Source of the DNA: Chiloscyllium plagiosum
Taxonomy: Eukaryota
Length of the DNA: 64,000 nt
Direction: 5' to 3'
Assembly (NCBI RefSeq): GCF_004010195.1
Contig: NC_057719.1
Coordinates: 24,405,465-24,469,464, forward strand
Positions 47,477-60,133 of this stretch are shown piece by piece (position 1 is the first letter of the stretch; every line of letters starts with the position of its first letter). Under the pieces are notes generated by a model. That model saw only the letters and a list, made by a program, of their open reading frames with translations, ran no database searches and was not told where the DNA came from. The translations under genes and the position numbers were made by a program.

Positions 47477-48014
47477 AGTCATAGAGCTGTATAGCATGGA
47501 AACAGACCCTTTGGTCCAACTCCTCCATGCTGATCAGATATTCTAAATAAATCTAGTCTCATTTTCCAGAATTTGGCCCATATCCCTCTAAATCCTTCCT
47601 ATTCATATAGTCATCCAGAAGCCTTTTAAATGGTGTAATTGTATCCGCCTCCAGCACATCCTCTGGCAGCTCATTCCATGCACACACCACCCTTTGCATG
47701 AAAAAGAATTGCCCCTTAGGTTCCTTTTAAATTTTTCCCCTCTCACCTTAAACTATGCCCTCCAGTTTTGGACTCCGCTAAGCTGGGTAAAAGATCCTGG
47801 TTATACCCGCCCCTCATGATTTTACAAACTTCTATAAGGTCACCCCTCAGCCTCTCCGTATTGCTCAAACCCTCCAACCCTGGCAACATCTTTATAAACC
47901 TTTTCTGAATCCTTTCAAGTTTCACAGCATCATTCCTATAGCAGGGATACCAGAACTGAGCGCAGTATTCAAAAAGTGGTCTAACCAATGTCCTGTACAG
48001 CCGCAACATGACCT
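47477..48014 (-). mobile_element. CR1 3' fragment with small deletions
   Basis: MLRLYRTLVRPLFEYCAQFW..LRGDLIEV; CR1 tail. Confidence 0.92.
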
Positions 48015-49142
48015 TAGCCTTCTCTGTAGTAAAAGCCTTAAGGACAATTTACCTTCTTACATATAAAACTTGGCATTGGTCAAGCTGAAATGCAAGTCTT
48101 TATAAGAATCATCTTTATTCTTCCACTGCTATGAAAAATCCCCAAGTGGATTCAATTTTGATTTCATGGTAACCATACCAAGCAATGATAACTTTGCACC
48201 AGTAGAGGGTATAGCTGTTTCAGATTTGACCATATCTACCATTTATTGCAGTATCTATATTAATATTAATATCAATTGCAAAAATACATTAACATACCTT
48301 TATCCTTCGAAATATCTTATTTCTTCCTCCAAATCTCAGTTGATTAAGTGTTGATGGTGGATTTAAATTATTTCTTCATATTACTAAACTCTAATCTGAG
48401 ATCCATCATTTCGATGATATAGTGGATCATTTGTTGCCTTGTTAAATGTATAAATAAATGTGTCATGAACAGTTTTTCTGTCTGCTCAAAAATAAAATAA
48501 ATACCCAATACCTCAACATGGATACTTTTGAAATCATAACCAATTCAGGTTTCTTTAAAAAGGTAATGATTCAGACAATCAGATGGATGCATAATCACTC
48601 ATGTTTCTGAACAACATAATTGCTACCAAAATTAGACATGACATTAATCGAATCAACATTGAGTGTCACTAGTTCCTCTATTCTCTCTAATTTTTGTTAC
48701 CAAACAACATACCACATAATTTCAGTGGATTGTCACACAAACAAGGAGGAAAATTAAACTGATTCTGAAGTAGCAATGTCTCAGATTTTATACGTACAAA
48801 TCTCACATATTGCATTTCCATACCTCATGATTTTTTTTTAAGGTTTGTCAAGCTGGCTACAGGAACTATAATTTGGTACTTATTAAGAAAACAAAATAAT
48901 ATATTGAGAATATATTTTTCTCTACTGCTAAAAACTCTACTGCTCTCATTGGGCTTTTTTGAACATTTTGGACTTCCGCAGTGCAACTCTCTGAGCAATT
49001 CCAATGGGTTGATTAATGTTTTAACATGTATTATTCTTTGAGCAAAGGTAAATATTCAAATATATCTGATTAAATGCAAGATTTTTGGTCAAAATTTTCT
49101 ATTTTAGCTTGAAGCAACATTATATCATAACACCCATCATCA

Positions 49143-50170
49143 GTCACTCACTAATGAGTTTGATTGCCCAGCTAGAAATTTCAGAGTCACTGGTCCTAGG
49201 TTTTGTGGGTCTTTGTGTGGCTGATGAGCCCGATTCTAGAGCTGGATCTCTGACCACACAATTGGCAAGTATTTCCAGGAGGTGGACCTGATCCTTGGCT
49301 TTGCAATCCCTGGCATACCTTTCTCTGGTTCCTTTTCCATACTTCCTCTTGCCAATAGTGTTCAAGAAGAATTCATAGAATCACAGAATCCCTACAGTGT
49401 AGGGACAGGCCCTTCGGCCCAACAAGTCCACACCAACCCTCCGAAGAGTAACCCACCCAGACCAATTCCCTACTCTATTACTCTACATTTACCCTTGACT
49501 AATGCACCCAACCTACACATCCCTGAACACTATGGGCAATTTAGTATGGCCAATTCACCTAACCTGCACTTCTTTGGATTGTGGGATGAAACCGGAGCAC
49601 CCAGAGGAGACTCAAGCAGACACAGGGAGAATGTGCAAACTCCATACAGACAGTTGCCGGAGGCTGGAATTGAACCTGGGACCCTGGCGCTGAGATGCAG
49701 CAGTGCTAACCACTGAGCCACCATGCCACCCTAATTGTGTCCTTTCAAACAATACTTTCCTTCATATTTGTTTCTTCTGAGTGAGAGCCTCCCAGGTATT
49801 GATACCTATGTTGCATTTTTTGAGGTAAGCCTTCATGGAGTCTTTGAAGTGTTTCCTTGGTCCATCTCTTGTTTGAGTGCCTTCCTTGAGCTGGGCGAGG
49901 AAGACCTTCTTTGATTACCAGAACTTAGACATTCTCAGCATGTGGCCAGCCCAGCGGAGTTGGTTTCAGATGATTGTGGCCTCAATGCTAGTGTATTGGC
50001 TCCTTCAAGGATGCTGATATTTGGATGCCTGTCTTCCCAGCTGATGTAGAGAATCCATCTCAAACAGTGTTGATGGTCCTTTGCCAGGACCTTGAGGGGG
50101 CATCTACACATAGCACATGTTTCCAAATTTTGGGAATATGACTGCCTTATACACAAGAATCTTGGTATCA
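49143..50170 (-). mobile_element. RTE-clade LINE 3' remnant split by a SINE
   Basis: Minus strand HQHCLRWILYISWEDRHPNISILE, QLRWAGHMLRM, GPRKHFKDSMK and terminal CQLCGQRSSSRIGLISHTKTH. Confidence 0.8.
49372..49731 (-). mobile_element. HE1-type V-SINE, full length
   Basis: Head GGGTGGCATGGTGGCTCAGTGGTTAGCACTGCTG, B box GGTTCAATTCC, V core and CR1-like tail ending GATTCT(G/A)T. Confidence 0.92.
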
Positions 50171-50350
50171 GTACAGGTGTTGTGATCATCGGAGATCCTT
50201 ACAGAGAGTTTGTGGGGACAGGGTCCTCATGTGTATTTAAGGCTGAGACAGATAGAATGTAGAACATGAAAAGATACAGCACAGAACAGGCCCTTTGGTC
50301 TATGATGTTGTGCCGAGGATTAATCCTAACATAAAATAAAATAACCTTAC

Positions 50351-53110
50351 CTACGCACCCCTTAATTCACTGCTGTCCATGTGCATGTCCAGAAATCGCT
50401 TAAATGTCCCCAGTGACTCTGCTTCCACCACCACCGCTGGCAACGCATTCCATGCATTCACAACTCTCTGTGTAAAGAGCTTACCTCTGATGTCCCCTCT
50501 ATACCTTCCTCCTAATATTTTAAAACCATGACTCCTCGTGCCAGTCAATCCTGTCCTGGGGAAAAGTCTCTGGCTATTGACTCTATGCATGCCTCTCATT
50601 ACCCTGTATACCTCAATCAGGTCACCTCTCTTTCTCCTTCTCTCCAGAGAGAAAAGTCCAGGCTTAGTCAACCTCTTTTCATAAGACAAGTCCTCCAGTC
50701 CAGGCAGCACCCTGGTAAACCTTCTTTGCACCCTCTCCAAAGTCTCTGTATCTTTCCTATAGTAGGGCAACCAGAACTGGATACAATATTCCAAGTATGG
50801 TCTCACCAGGGACTTGTAGAGCTGTAGCAAAACCTCACAGCTCTTAAACTCTGTCCCCCTCTTAATGAAGGCCAAAACACCATATACTTTCTTAACAATT
50901 CTATCTACTTGGGTGGCAACTTTGAGGTGAACACCAAGATCCCTCTGTTCCTCCACACTGCCAAGAATCCTGTCTTTAATCCTAAATTCAGCATTCAAGT
51001 TCAACCTTCCGAAATGCATCACTTCACATTCATCCAGGTTGAAGTTCGTCTGCTATTTCTCAGCCCAACTCTGCATCCTGTTTATGTCGTGCTGCAGCCT
51101 GCAATAGACCTCAATACTATCAACGGCACCTCCAACCTTTGTGTTGTCTGCAAATGTACTAACCCACCCCTTAATCCCCTCATCCAAGTCACTTATAAAA
51201 ACTACAAAGAGCAGAGGCCCAAGAACACAGCCCTGCAGGACACCACTCAACACTGACCTCCAGCAGAATACTTTCCATCTACAACCACTTTTGTCAGCCA
51301 GCCAATTCTGAATCCAGACAGCCAAATTTCCCTGTATCCCATACCTCCTGACTTTATGAATGAACCTACCATTGGGAACCTTATCAAATGCCTTGCTGAA
51401 ATCCATATACACCACATCCACTGCTCGACCTTCATCAACCTGTCTTGTCACCTCCTCGAAGAACTCAATAAGATTAGTTAGGCATGACCTTCCCCTCACA
51501 AAGCCATGCTGACTGCCTTTAATCATGCTATGCTTTTCCAACTAGTCATAAATCCTATCTCTCAGAATTCTTTCCAAAACCTTGCTGACCACAGACGTAA
51601 GACTGACTGGTCTGTAATTGCCAGGGATTTCCCTATTACCCTTCTTGAAAAGAGGAACAACATTTGCCTCCTTCCAGTCCTCTGGTATGACTCCCGTGGA
51701 GAGTGAGGAAGCAAAGATCTTCACTAGCAGCTTAGCAACCTCTTTTCTCACTGCCCAGAGCAGCCTAGGATAAATCTGGTCTGGCCCTGGGGATTTATCA
51801 ATCTTAATGTTTGCCAAAATTTCCAGCACATCAACATCCCAATCTTGATCTGTTCAAGTCTATATCCCAGCTCCTCAAAGTTCTCACTCACAACAAGATC
51901 CCTTTCCTTCATGAAAACTGAGACAAAATACTCATTTAGGGCTTCCCCTATCTGCTCTGACTCCATGCACAAGTTCCCTAAGCTGTCCCTGATCGGTCCT
52001 ACCTTCTCCCTGATCATTCTCTTATTCCTCACGTATGAGTAAAATGCCTTTGGGTTCTCCCTAATCCTTTCTGCCAAGCCTTTTTCGTGCCCTCTCCTGT
52101 CTCTCCTCAGTCCATTTCTGAGCTCCTTTCTAGCAGCCTGTAATCCTCTAAAGCTGTGCTAGATCCTTGCTTCCTCCACCTTACATAAGTTGCCACCTTC
52201 CTTTTGATGAGAAGCTCCTCTATTCTCATCATCCAAGGCTCCTTAATCTTACCTCTTCTTACCTGTCTCAGAGGAACAAAATCGAACATCACTTGCAACA
52301 ACTACTCCTTAAACAGTCTCCACATGTCTGTTGTGCCCTTTCTGTGGAACAATTGCTCCCAGTCTGTACTTCCCAACTCCTGTCTGATAGTGTTATAATT
52401 TCCTTTTCCCTAATTAAATATCTTCACTTGATAATTGCTCCTTTCACTCTCCAAGGCTATGCTAAATGTGAGGCAGTTGTGATCACTTTCACCAAAGTGC
52501 TCTCCCACCGCGAGATCTGACACCTGTCCTGGTTCATTGCCGAGCACCAAATCCAAAATGGCCTCTCCCCTCATTGGCCTGTCCACATACTGAGTAAGGA
52601 AACTCTCCTGAACACACCTGACAAAAATGGCTCCATCCAAACCATCTGCACTAAGAAGGTTCCAGTCGATCTTGAAGTTGAAATCACCCATAACAACAAC
52701 CCTGCTACATCTGCATTTTTCTAAAATCTGCTGCCTTATCAGTTCTTCAATCTCTCTATTGCTATTTGGGGGTCTGTAATAAACCCCCAATGAGTTGGCT
52801 GCTCCCTTGCTGTTCCTAACTTCCACCGATACGGACTCAGTATGCAAACCTTCCTCAACAACCTTTGTTTCTGTAGCTGTGATGCACTCTCTGATTAGCA
52901 ATGCTACACCCCCTCCTCTTCTTCCACCCTCCCTATTCTTTTTAAACGTTCTAAACCCTGGAACATCTAGCAACTATTCCTGTCCCTGTGAAACCCATGT
53001 CTCCGTTATGGCCACAACATTATAGCTCTATGTATTGATCCATGCTCAAAGTTCATCACTCTTATTTCCGACATTCCTTGCGTTAAAGCAGACACACTTT
53101 AACTGGTCCC
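50351..53110 (-). pseudogene. CR1 ORF2 (APE endonuclease plus RT)
   Basis: CFNARN, RGGGVAL, GVYYRPPN, MGDFN, ILDLVL, SDHN, KSPGPDQIYPR, YMDFSKAFDKV; broken into several frames. Confidence 0.95.
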
Positions 53111-53224
53111 TTTGTTTCATCACGTGAAAAACCTTCCCGCTAGATTCACTACATCCTGTCACTGCTCCCTCTACAACTGCCCCCTTCTCAGATAGGTGGC
53201 TTTGATTCCCAGTCCCCTGCCAAA

Positions 53225-54141
53225 CTAGTTTAAACCCTTTTGAACCACATGAGCAAATCTCCCACCCAGGACAATTGTGCCCCTCCAGTTCAGGTGCAAC
53301 CCGTCCCTTATGTACAGGTCCCACTTTCCCCAGAAGGCATCCCAATGGTCTAGGTATCTGAAGCCCTCCCTCCTGCACCAGCCTTGCAGCCATGTGTTAA
53401 GCTGCAATCGCTGACTGTTTCTCACCTATCTTGTGGCACCGGTAGCAAACCTGAGATCACTACTCTACTCGTCCTGCTCTTCAGCTTCCAACCTAGCTCA
53501 CTGTAGTCATTTTTCAGATTCTCAGTCCCTTTCCTAACTACATCATTGGTGCCAAATGTACCACGATTTCGGGCTGCTCACCTTCCCCTTCAGAATCCTG
53601 TAAACCCGATCAGCGATATCCCAGACCCTAGCAGCGGGGAGGCAACATACTTTCCAGGAGTCCTGTTCCTGACCACAGAAAGTCCTGTCAGTCCGTCAAA
53701 CTATTAATTCCCCTATCACTAGGGCTTTTCTATTCTCTCCCCTTCCCTTCTGAGCCTCAGTGCCAGAGACCTGACAACCATGGCTTTCTCCTGGTAGGCC
53801 GTCCCCACCAGCAGTATCCAAAACGGTATACTTATTGCTGAGGGGAACGGCCACAGGGGAACCCTGTTCTGTCTGTTGTTTCCCTTTCCTCCCCCGACTG
53901 TAACTCAGCTGTCCTTATCCTGTGTCTGAGGAGTGACCACCCCCCTGTACATCCTCTCAATTTCTCCCTCAGCCTCCCGGGTGATCCGTAGTTCATCCAG
54001 CTCCAGCTCCAGTTCCCTAACTTGGTTTTCGAGGAGCTGGAGTTGGGTGCACTTCCCGCAGATGTGGTCGGCAGAGACATGTGTCATGTCTTTCACCAAC
54101 CACATTCTGCAGGAGGAACATGCAACTGCCCTATCAGCCAT
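53225..54141 (-). pseudogene. CR1 ORF1 (zinc finger, leucine zipper, SGNH esterase)
   Basis: CSSC..CGKC, LLENQVRELELELDEL, GTND block and LYIRDGLHLNWRG; frameshifts and stops. Confidence 0.9.
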
Positions 54142-54633
54142 ACCCCGCTAATCTGAAAGTCCACACAGGACGAAACAAGGAAGAGAAGAAAAGGGACAAA
54201 AAATGAGAAAACCTGAAAACTTACTGAACTTACAGACTCTTAATAAGGTTAGAGGAGGTGGGTGGGAGGGAGGCCCTACGATGTAGGGTCTCAGGTTTAG
54301 ATCTCACCCACTTAAAAACTTCCCAGCAGCCCTTGCTTCTCTCCGCCCTCTCTCCTCGCCGCTATGTTCAAAAAATTTTGTTTTTTACTCACCCTCGTAC
54401 CTCTTGACAAATAGAGGCCCCGACGCCTGAGGTAAATGTTTTAAACTGTTTTACTCACCTTCTCAGCAGTCCTCTGCTCCTCCCTCACACCTCTCGACAA
54501 AAAGATAGATTCTTGATCAGTAGAGGAATCTGGGTTATGGGAAAAATGCAAGAAAAGTGTGTGTGAGGAATTTTGGATCAGCCAAGATCCTATTGAATGG
54601 TGGAGCAGGTTTGAGAGGCTAAACATTTTCCTC

Positions 54634-54752
54634 TTGAAGGGCTTTTGCCCTAAACGTTGATTCTCCTCCTCAGATGCTGCCTGACCTGCTGTGCTTTTCC
54701 AGCACCACACTCTTGACTCTAATCTCCAGCTTCTGCAGTCCTCACTTTTGCC
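54634..54752 (+). mobile_element. Short PLE family 1 end starting inside the hammerhead
   Basis: TGAAGGGCTTTTGCCCTAAACGTTGA..CAGTCCTCACTTTTGCC; TSD-like TTGAGAGGCTAAA (54611-54623) and TTAAGAGGCTGAA (54753-54765). Confidence 0.8.
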
Positions 54753-55309
54753 TTAAGAGGCTGAATGACTTACTTGTGTTTCTATTTCTTATGGTCTTAT
54801 TTAATTTGAGTCAAATCTCTCTTATTCATGCCATGATTCTTCATGTTTTATTTATGCAGTGTTGACTATATCTGGTGCAATAAATCCAACTCAGACTTGA
54901 CCAAACTTGATTATTTCTGCAAGCCTAAACTAATTGTTCAGCAAATATATGCACAATAGCAAGAAATGGGTAATAAGGTGATGATATATAAGTTCATTTT
55001 GTAAAAAGCCGACATGGGATGCAATATTCTTTCAAAATTCCTTTTGGAAGGATTGAGTTAACTTTGCCTTTACGAACAATCAGTTGGCATAAAAAAAGCT
55101 CTACATTTTGCCAAGATAGTAACAGTGAAGCTGTCAGAGGAAATTGGACAGCAGTGTAAATTGGATAACAGCTTGTATTTTCCTCAGAAGTGAAGAAACA
55201 CGCAGAAATCCCTAAGTTATTGTCAGATCCTTCACATGCTACACAGTTGCAGTCCTCCCTGATGGACTTTGCACTGAATTTATTAATGTCAAGAAGCTTG
55301 ACACTAATA

Positions 55310-55690
55310 AATCAACAAATGTGATCTGTATCCCATCCACCACGTTAAACATTTACTCCCTCCCCCAGCAATGTACGCTAGCAGCAGTGCATGCTATATA
55401 TGAGATACATAGGAGCAACTCACCAAGGCTGCTGCTGCAACAACTTCTAACGACGTGCTGAAGAAGGCAAGGGCATCAGAAACTTTAGTTAGATTATAAG
55501 TTATAATTCCATTTTAAGCCACACATGTTCTTAACTTGGAACGATATTGCCTTCCCACCACTGCCACTGGGTTAAAAAAACTGGAACTCTCTTTCTAACA
55601 CGTATGTCCACCACATGAATTGCAGCAGTTCAAGAAGTGAACCATCACGCCTTTTAAATGTAAATTATGGATGAGCATCAAAAAGCAGCC
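55310..55690 (+). mobile_element. Decayed 3' part of the second LINE lineage
   Basis: Collinear similarity to 31470-31850 (TACTCCCTCC..CAGCAGT..CAACTCACCAAGG..CTGGAACTC). Confidence 0.6.
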
Positions 55691-56094
55691 TTTAAAGTGT
55701 TAAACTTGGATTCCATATGTTTCAGTGAAGAGTTTTTTTCAATCTGATTGATTGAAGAGTCTCACAATTTTTTTTTGATTTACTCACAGATGACCCAAAT
55801 CCCTTTCAGCGGATGCATAAGTGTTCAAAAGTCTGAGAATACTTTGTGCAAATTCAATATAGTGAACCTGAGTGCAGTTCCTTTACTGCTGACACCAATA
55901 TCCATTTCTATGACATTCAAAGTGAGCATTTTAATAGCAAACAAAATATTTCATTGACGTTGTTCCTTCAGCATTTCTGCATTCCTTCACGCCCCCTCAA
56001 AACCTCCTTTCAGCCTGAAAGACAGATTAGCAGGTAATCATGAGTTCCAATAAAATTTCTTGATGTAGGTTGCACAGTCCATCTATTTACTGAC

Positions 56095-57210
56095 TAAAGT
56101 AATTGCACAGAGGCCAGCATCCCCTCACCAAGTCACCCTATATTTACACATGCACAGTACATTGGCTCTGACCAGCTAACTCAGAGCCAGCCCCCAGAGT
56201 GAGGAGACCATCTGAATCTCCAGTTTATATGTGGGTGGCACGGTGGTTAGCACTGCTGCCTCACAGCGCCAGAGACCCAGGTTCAATTCCTGCTTCAGGC
56301 GACTAACTGTGTGGAGTTTGCACATTCTCCCCATGTCTGCGTGGGTTTCCTCCGGGTGCTCCGGTTTCCTCCCACAGTCCAAAAATGTGCAGGTCAGGTG
56401 AATTGGCCATGCTAAATTGCCCATAGTGTTAGGTGAAAGGGTAAATGTAGGGTAATGTGTCTGGGTGGGTTGTGCTTTGGCAGGTCAGTGTGGACTTGTT
56501 GGGCCAAAGGGCCTGTTTCCACACTGTAAGTAATCTAATCTAATATCTGTCAGCCAAGGCTCCCAGGTTAACAGCCCCAATCAGGAAACTCATACTCAGT
56601 GAGATCCATCCGGCCCTCATTCCAATCACTACCTCCCTCGCTAAGCCCAGGGATGTAGGTCCGTTCTTCTTCTTGTAGCTTCTCCTGGGACGTTTTCACC
56701 ACATATCCAGTTCCTCAGACTCTGACTTGGACACGGGTGGCATGTACTGTACCGTAACCTGTTGATTGAGCATGGAGCTTCTCTGGTGTCTTCTCCTCTA
56801 CTTCAGGCAGTATCTGCAGCAAAATTGCATCCATCTTAACTCCAAGCTTTTTTCAACACTAGACAGAGGGGGAGACCCCTGGCTTCTGACAGGCTTTTCT
56901 GGCTATTCTGGGGGGGCAGGTACATTTAACTCCTGTCCTGTTTGCGTAGTAACAGCTTTCATGAGATGCACATGTTTGTTTAAGACCATCTCACCTGCCT
57001 GAACTTTGCATGTCATGTGACCTGACCTCGCATTGACCTCACTGCGTAACAATGCAGGGCCATTTCCATGGTTTCAACACCAAACGTCATTCCCTGAAGC
57101 AGACTGCCTTTCTCACTTAGAAGAGGCATGTGGCCGGCATTGGCGTTCCTGCTGCCATTTTACCCTCCCTTGCAGGTCCGGGAAAGCCAGATTTAACCTG
57201 GTGTGGAGTC
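56095..57210 (-). mobile_element. Gypsy LTR retrotransposon remnant: integrase C-terminus, PPT and 3' LTR (~56095-56633)
   Basis: Minus strand RLHTRLNLAFPDLQGRV and GNDVWC*NHGNGPALL..RSGHMTCKVQ..NKHVHLMK (GPY/F-like module). GAGGGA purine tract abuts an LTR with degenerate TGTAGTGATTG/CAATCACTAC ends. Confidence 0.75.
56233..56544 (+). mobile_element. HE1-type V-SINE inserted in the LTR
   Basis: Full head, core and tail ending (TAATC)n. Confidence 0.93.
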
Positions 57211-57530
57211 TGGAAAAGATTAAATTCACTTCAGAGATTTCACTGCATCTTTCTGGGTAAGTGGCAAACATTCTCATTTTGTCCTAACCATGGTATATGG
57301 ACCAATACATCAATTTTCCTTAAGTGGGAAGGTGAGAATTCAATAGAACATTGATTAGAACCAATGCTTAGACTACAATAGAAGGAGAAAGTAAATAATT
57401 TACCTCAGAAATATTGGGAGTAGCAGTGACATTCATCAATTTCAATTCAAAAAATAATTTTGCTATGCTAAAATTTATATACAGTTAATTTAAATTGTTA
57501 TGTTAATGATCACACACCAAACATGCTGAT

Positions 57531-58017
57531 GAAAAGGATTCAGAAAAGATTTACAAGGATGTTGCCAGGGTTGGAGGATTTGAGCTATAGGGAGAGGCTG
57601 AATAGGTTGGGGCAGCTTTCTCTGGAGCATCAGAGGCTGAGGGGTGACCTTATAGAGGTTTATAAAATCATGAGGGGCATGGATAGGATAAATAGACAAG
57701 ATCTTTTCCCTCTGGTGGGGGAGTTCAGACTAGAGGGCATAGGTTTAGGGTCAGAGGGGAAACATTTAAAAGGGACCTGAGGGGCAACTTTTTCTTGCAG
57801 CGGGTGGTTCATGAATGGAATGAGCTGCCAGAGGAAATGATGGAACCTGCTACAATTACAACATTTAAAAGACATCTTGGGTATATGAATAGGAAGGGTT
57901 TAGAAGGATATGGGCCAAATACTGGCAAATGGGACTAGATTAGGTTAGGACATCTGGTCAGCATGGACGAATTGGATCAAAGGGTCTACTTCCATGCTGC
58001 ACATCTCTATGACTCTA
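57531..58017 (+). mobile_element. CR1 3' end
   Basis: QKRFTRMLPGLEDLSYRERLNRLG..LRGDLIEVYKIMRG; TCTCTATGACTCTA tail. Confidence 0.95.
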
Positions 58018-58127
58018 CATTTCTGTGAAGGGAGCAGCAAAAGGCCTTATGAAATGAGCTGAAAATGGTACAAATGACTGTAATATTCAGTACACAAATA
58101 TACAGACAGTGCTTGCAATATAAACAC

Positions 58128-58850
58128 AACAAATCAGAGCAAGAATTGGCTGTTTGACCCATAGAGCCTACTCTGCCATTCATTATGATCATGGTGGATC
58201 ATTCAACTCAATAGTAGCCTGTTCCTGTTTTTCTCTTATATCCTTTGATCCTTTTACCCCCAAGTGCTACAGCCTTCATGTCATCATACAATGTTTTGAC
58301 CTTAACTGCTTTCTGTGGTAGCAAATTCTGCTGGCTCACCACTCCCTGAATGAAGAAATTTCTCCTCATCCCAGTCCTAACTAGTTTACCTCATATCCTT
58401 AGACCATGACCCCTGGTTCTGGACTCCTTCTCCATTGGAAACATCCTTTTTGCATATACCCTGTCTAGTCCTATAGAATTTTATCGATTTTTGAGGTCCC
58501 ACTCATCCTTCTGGACTTCCATGAATATCATCCTAATCAACTCAATGTCTCCTCATACACCTGTCCTGCCAACCTAAGCATCAATCTGGCAAGCCTTCAC
58601 TGAACTCCCTCTGTTGCAATAACATCCTTCCTCAGATAAGGAGACCAGAACTGGATCCAATATTCCAGGTGTGGTCTCACGAAGGCCCTGTTTAATTGCA
58701 GCAAGACATCCCTGCTCCCGTACTTAAATCCTCTCCCTGTGAAGACCACCCTACCATCTGCCTTCATTACTAACTGCTGCACCTGCATATTTACTGGTGT
58801 AAAAGAACACCCAGGTCTTGTTACATATTCCCTTTCTCAATAGTAAGGGT
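58128..58850 (-). mobile_element. Old CR1 3' fragment
   Basis: VRPHLEYWIQFWSPYLRKD motif plus 3'UTR. Confidence 0.85.
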
Positions 58851-59964
58851 TAGATAGATTGCAGAACCATGCTTTCTCTGGCCTGCTTACACAGTTCACG
58901 GATGTTAGTTAGTAGCAAAGGTGTTTCAAAGCAAGGTGCCAAATAAACATTTACAGCAATGCATCTGAACTTTGGCTCATGGATATTCTAAATTGATCTG
59001 GTGCATCAACATCGAAGGGCCAGATTTATCGTGTGAAGGTGCAAGGCAGGAAATGAGGGATGGGATTACTTTAGAATGGCATCATGGCTGAAGTATCTAT
59101 GGTGGGCTGAAGGGCCTGTTCCTGGGCTGTACTGTTCTATATTCTATGTAATTCCTGCTAATACTTATGTCACTCTATAATCACTAGAGACCTCACCATT
59201 TCTTTCACTGAGTCAGTTCATCAGCTTGTTATCATAGTTCTACCCCTAATAAAATCAATGGTGAGATCCAGTTTGCTGAATTAATAACTGTGATTGTAAC
59301 TATCACTTAGAGCATTGCAGAAGGCCGGTAGTAGGATTGGCCTGTTTGGTGCATTTACAAGTATCATAGTTCAAATGTCAAGACTAGATACAATCATTGG
59401 TCCCAGACATATTTAGGCAGCTTTCTAATCATCGAGCTCTTTAATCGATATAAAATTTAAATTTCTTGGACCCATGCTGGAATATATTTTCAAACAAATA
59501 TCTAGTGCTCAAATAGATGGTCTGGTGGAGCAGTGATGGGATTCCTATATCTGAATCTGAAGTTTCGGACTTGATGGCTAAAGTGTGACGAATCAGCTTG
59601 AATGTCAATCTGAAAGCCTACTGGCAAGTGGTAAGAGCGAGGCAGGTTCCTGGTTGGTCAAATTGGTCAGCATAATACCTCTGCATGTTAGGGGAGACTC
59701 CTGTCACAGGTGCTTGCCATGATCAAGCGCCACCCTTGTTCTGAGAGCCCCCTTGTTCAAAGAAATTAACAGATAGGATAAACCACTTAATGGATTTTAC
59801 TGCCTTTATAGCTATTTGATGTCAGTGTGAATTCCTATCTAACCATATATATTGGTAATCCCTATACCATCTGAATATTGTTTTGATCTGCCATATAATC
59901 ATCCAATTATTATATCTCATCCACCAAGAAGTTCAGACTTTTGTCCAATGTCTTTTGATGTTAC

Positions 59965-60133
59965 AGGTATTATTCTGGAATTCCCTCCTGAATATTATTG
60001 TGGGTCAACCCACAGCAGGTGAATTGCAACAGTTCTAGAAGGCAGCTCACCACCACCTTCTGAAGGGCAACTAGGGACAGGCAATAAATACTGGCCCAGC
60101 CAGCGATGACCACATCCCACAAGTGAGTAAAAA
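59965..60133 (+). mobile_element. 3' tail of the second LINE lineage
   Basis: CTGGAATTCCCT..CACCACCACCTTCT.AAGGGCAACTAGGGACAGGCAATAAA..GCCAGCGATG matches 31726-31888. Confidence 0.8.

Larger units (their letters stand above)
50257..54497 (-). mobile_element. Near full-length CR1 LINE (5'UTR, ORF1, ORF2, 3'UTR), ~4.2 kb, inactivated
   Basis: All domains in order; candidate TSD AGATAGA (50250-50256 and 54503-54509). Confidence 0.95.
50195..54800 (+). mobile_element. Old CR1 3'UTR (pieces 50195-50256 and 54503-54800) hosting the full-length CR1 and a PLE end
   Basis: TTTAAGGCTGAGACAGATAGA continues as AGATAGATTCTTGATCAG, as in the uninterrupted tail at ~29405-29440. Confidence 0.7.

Noticed and set aside
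49620..49731. tRNA gene
   Set aside because: The A and B boxes belong to the HE1 SINE head and continue into the V core; the same holds for all HE1 copies.
50351..54141. Active or domesticated CR1 gene
   Set aside because: Both ORFs have multiple stops and frameshifts.
59525..59780. Possible degenerate SINE
   Set aside because: Only a vague A-box-like start; no second copy or tail to confirm it.
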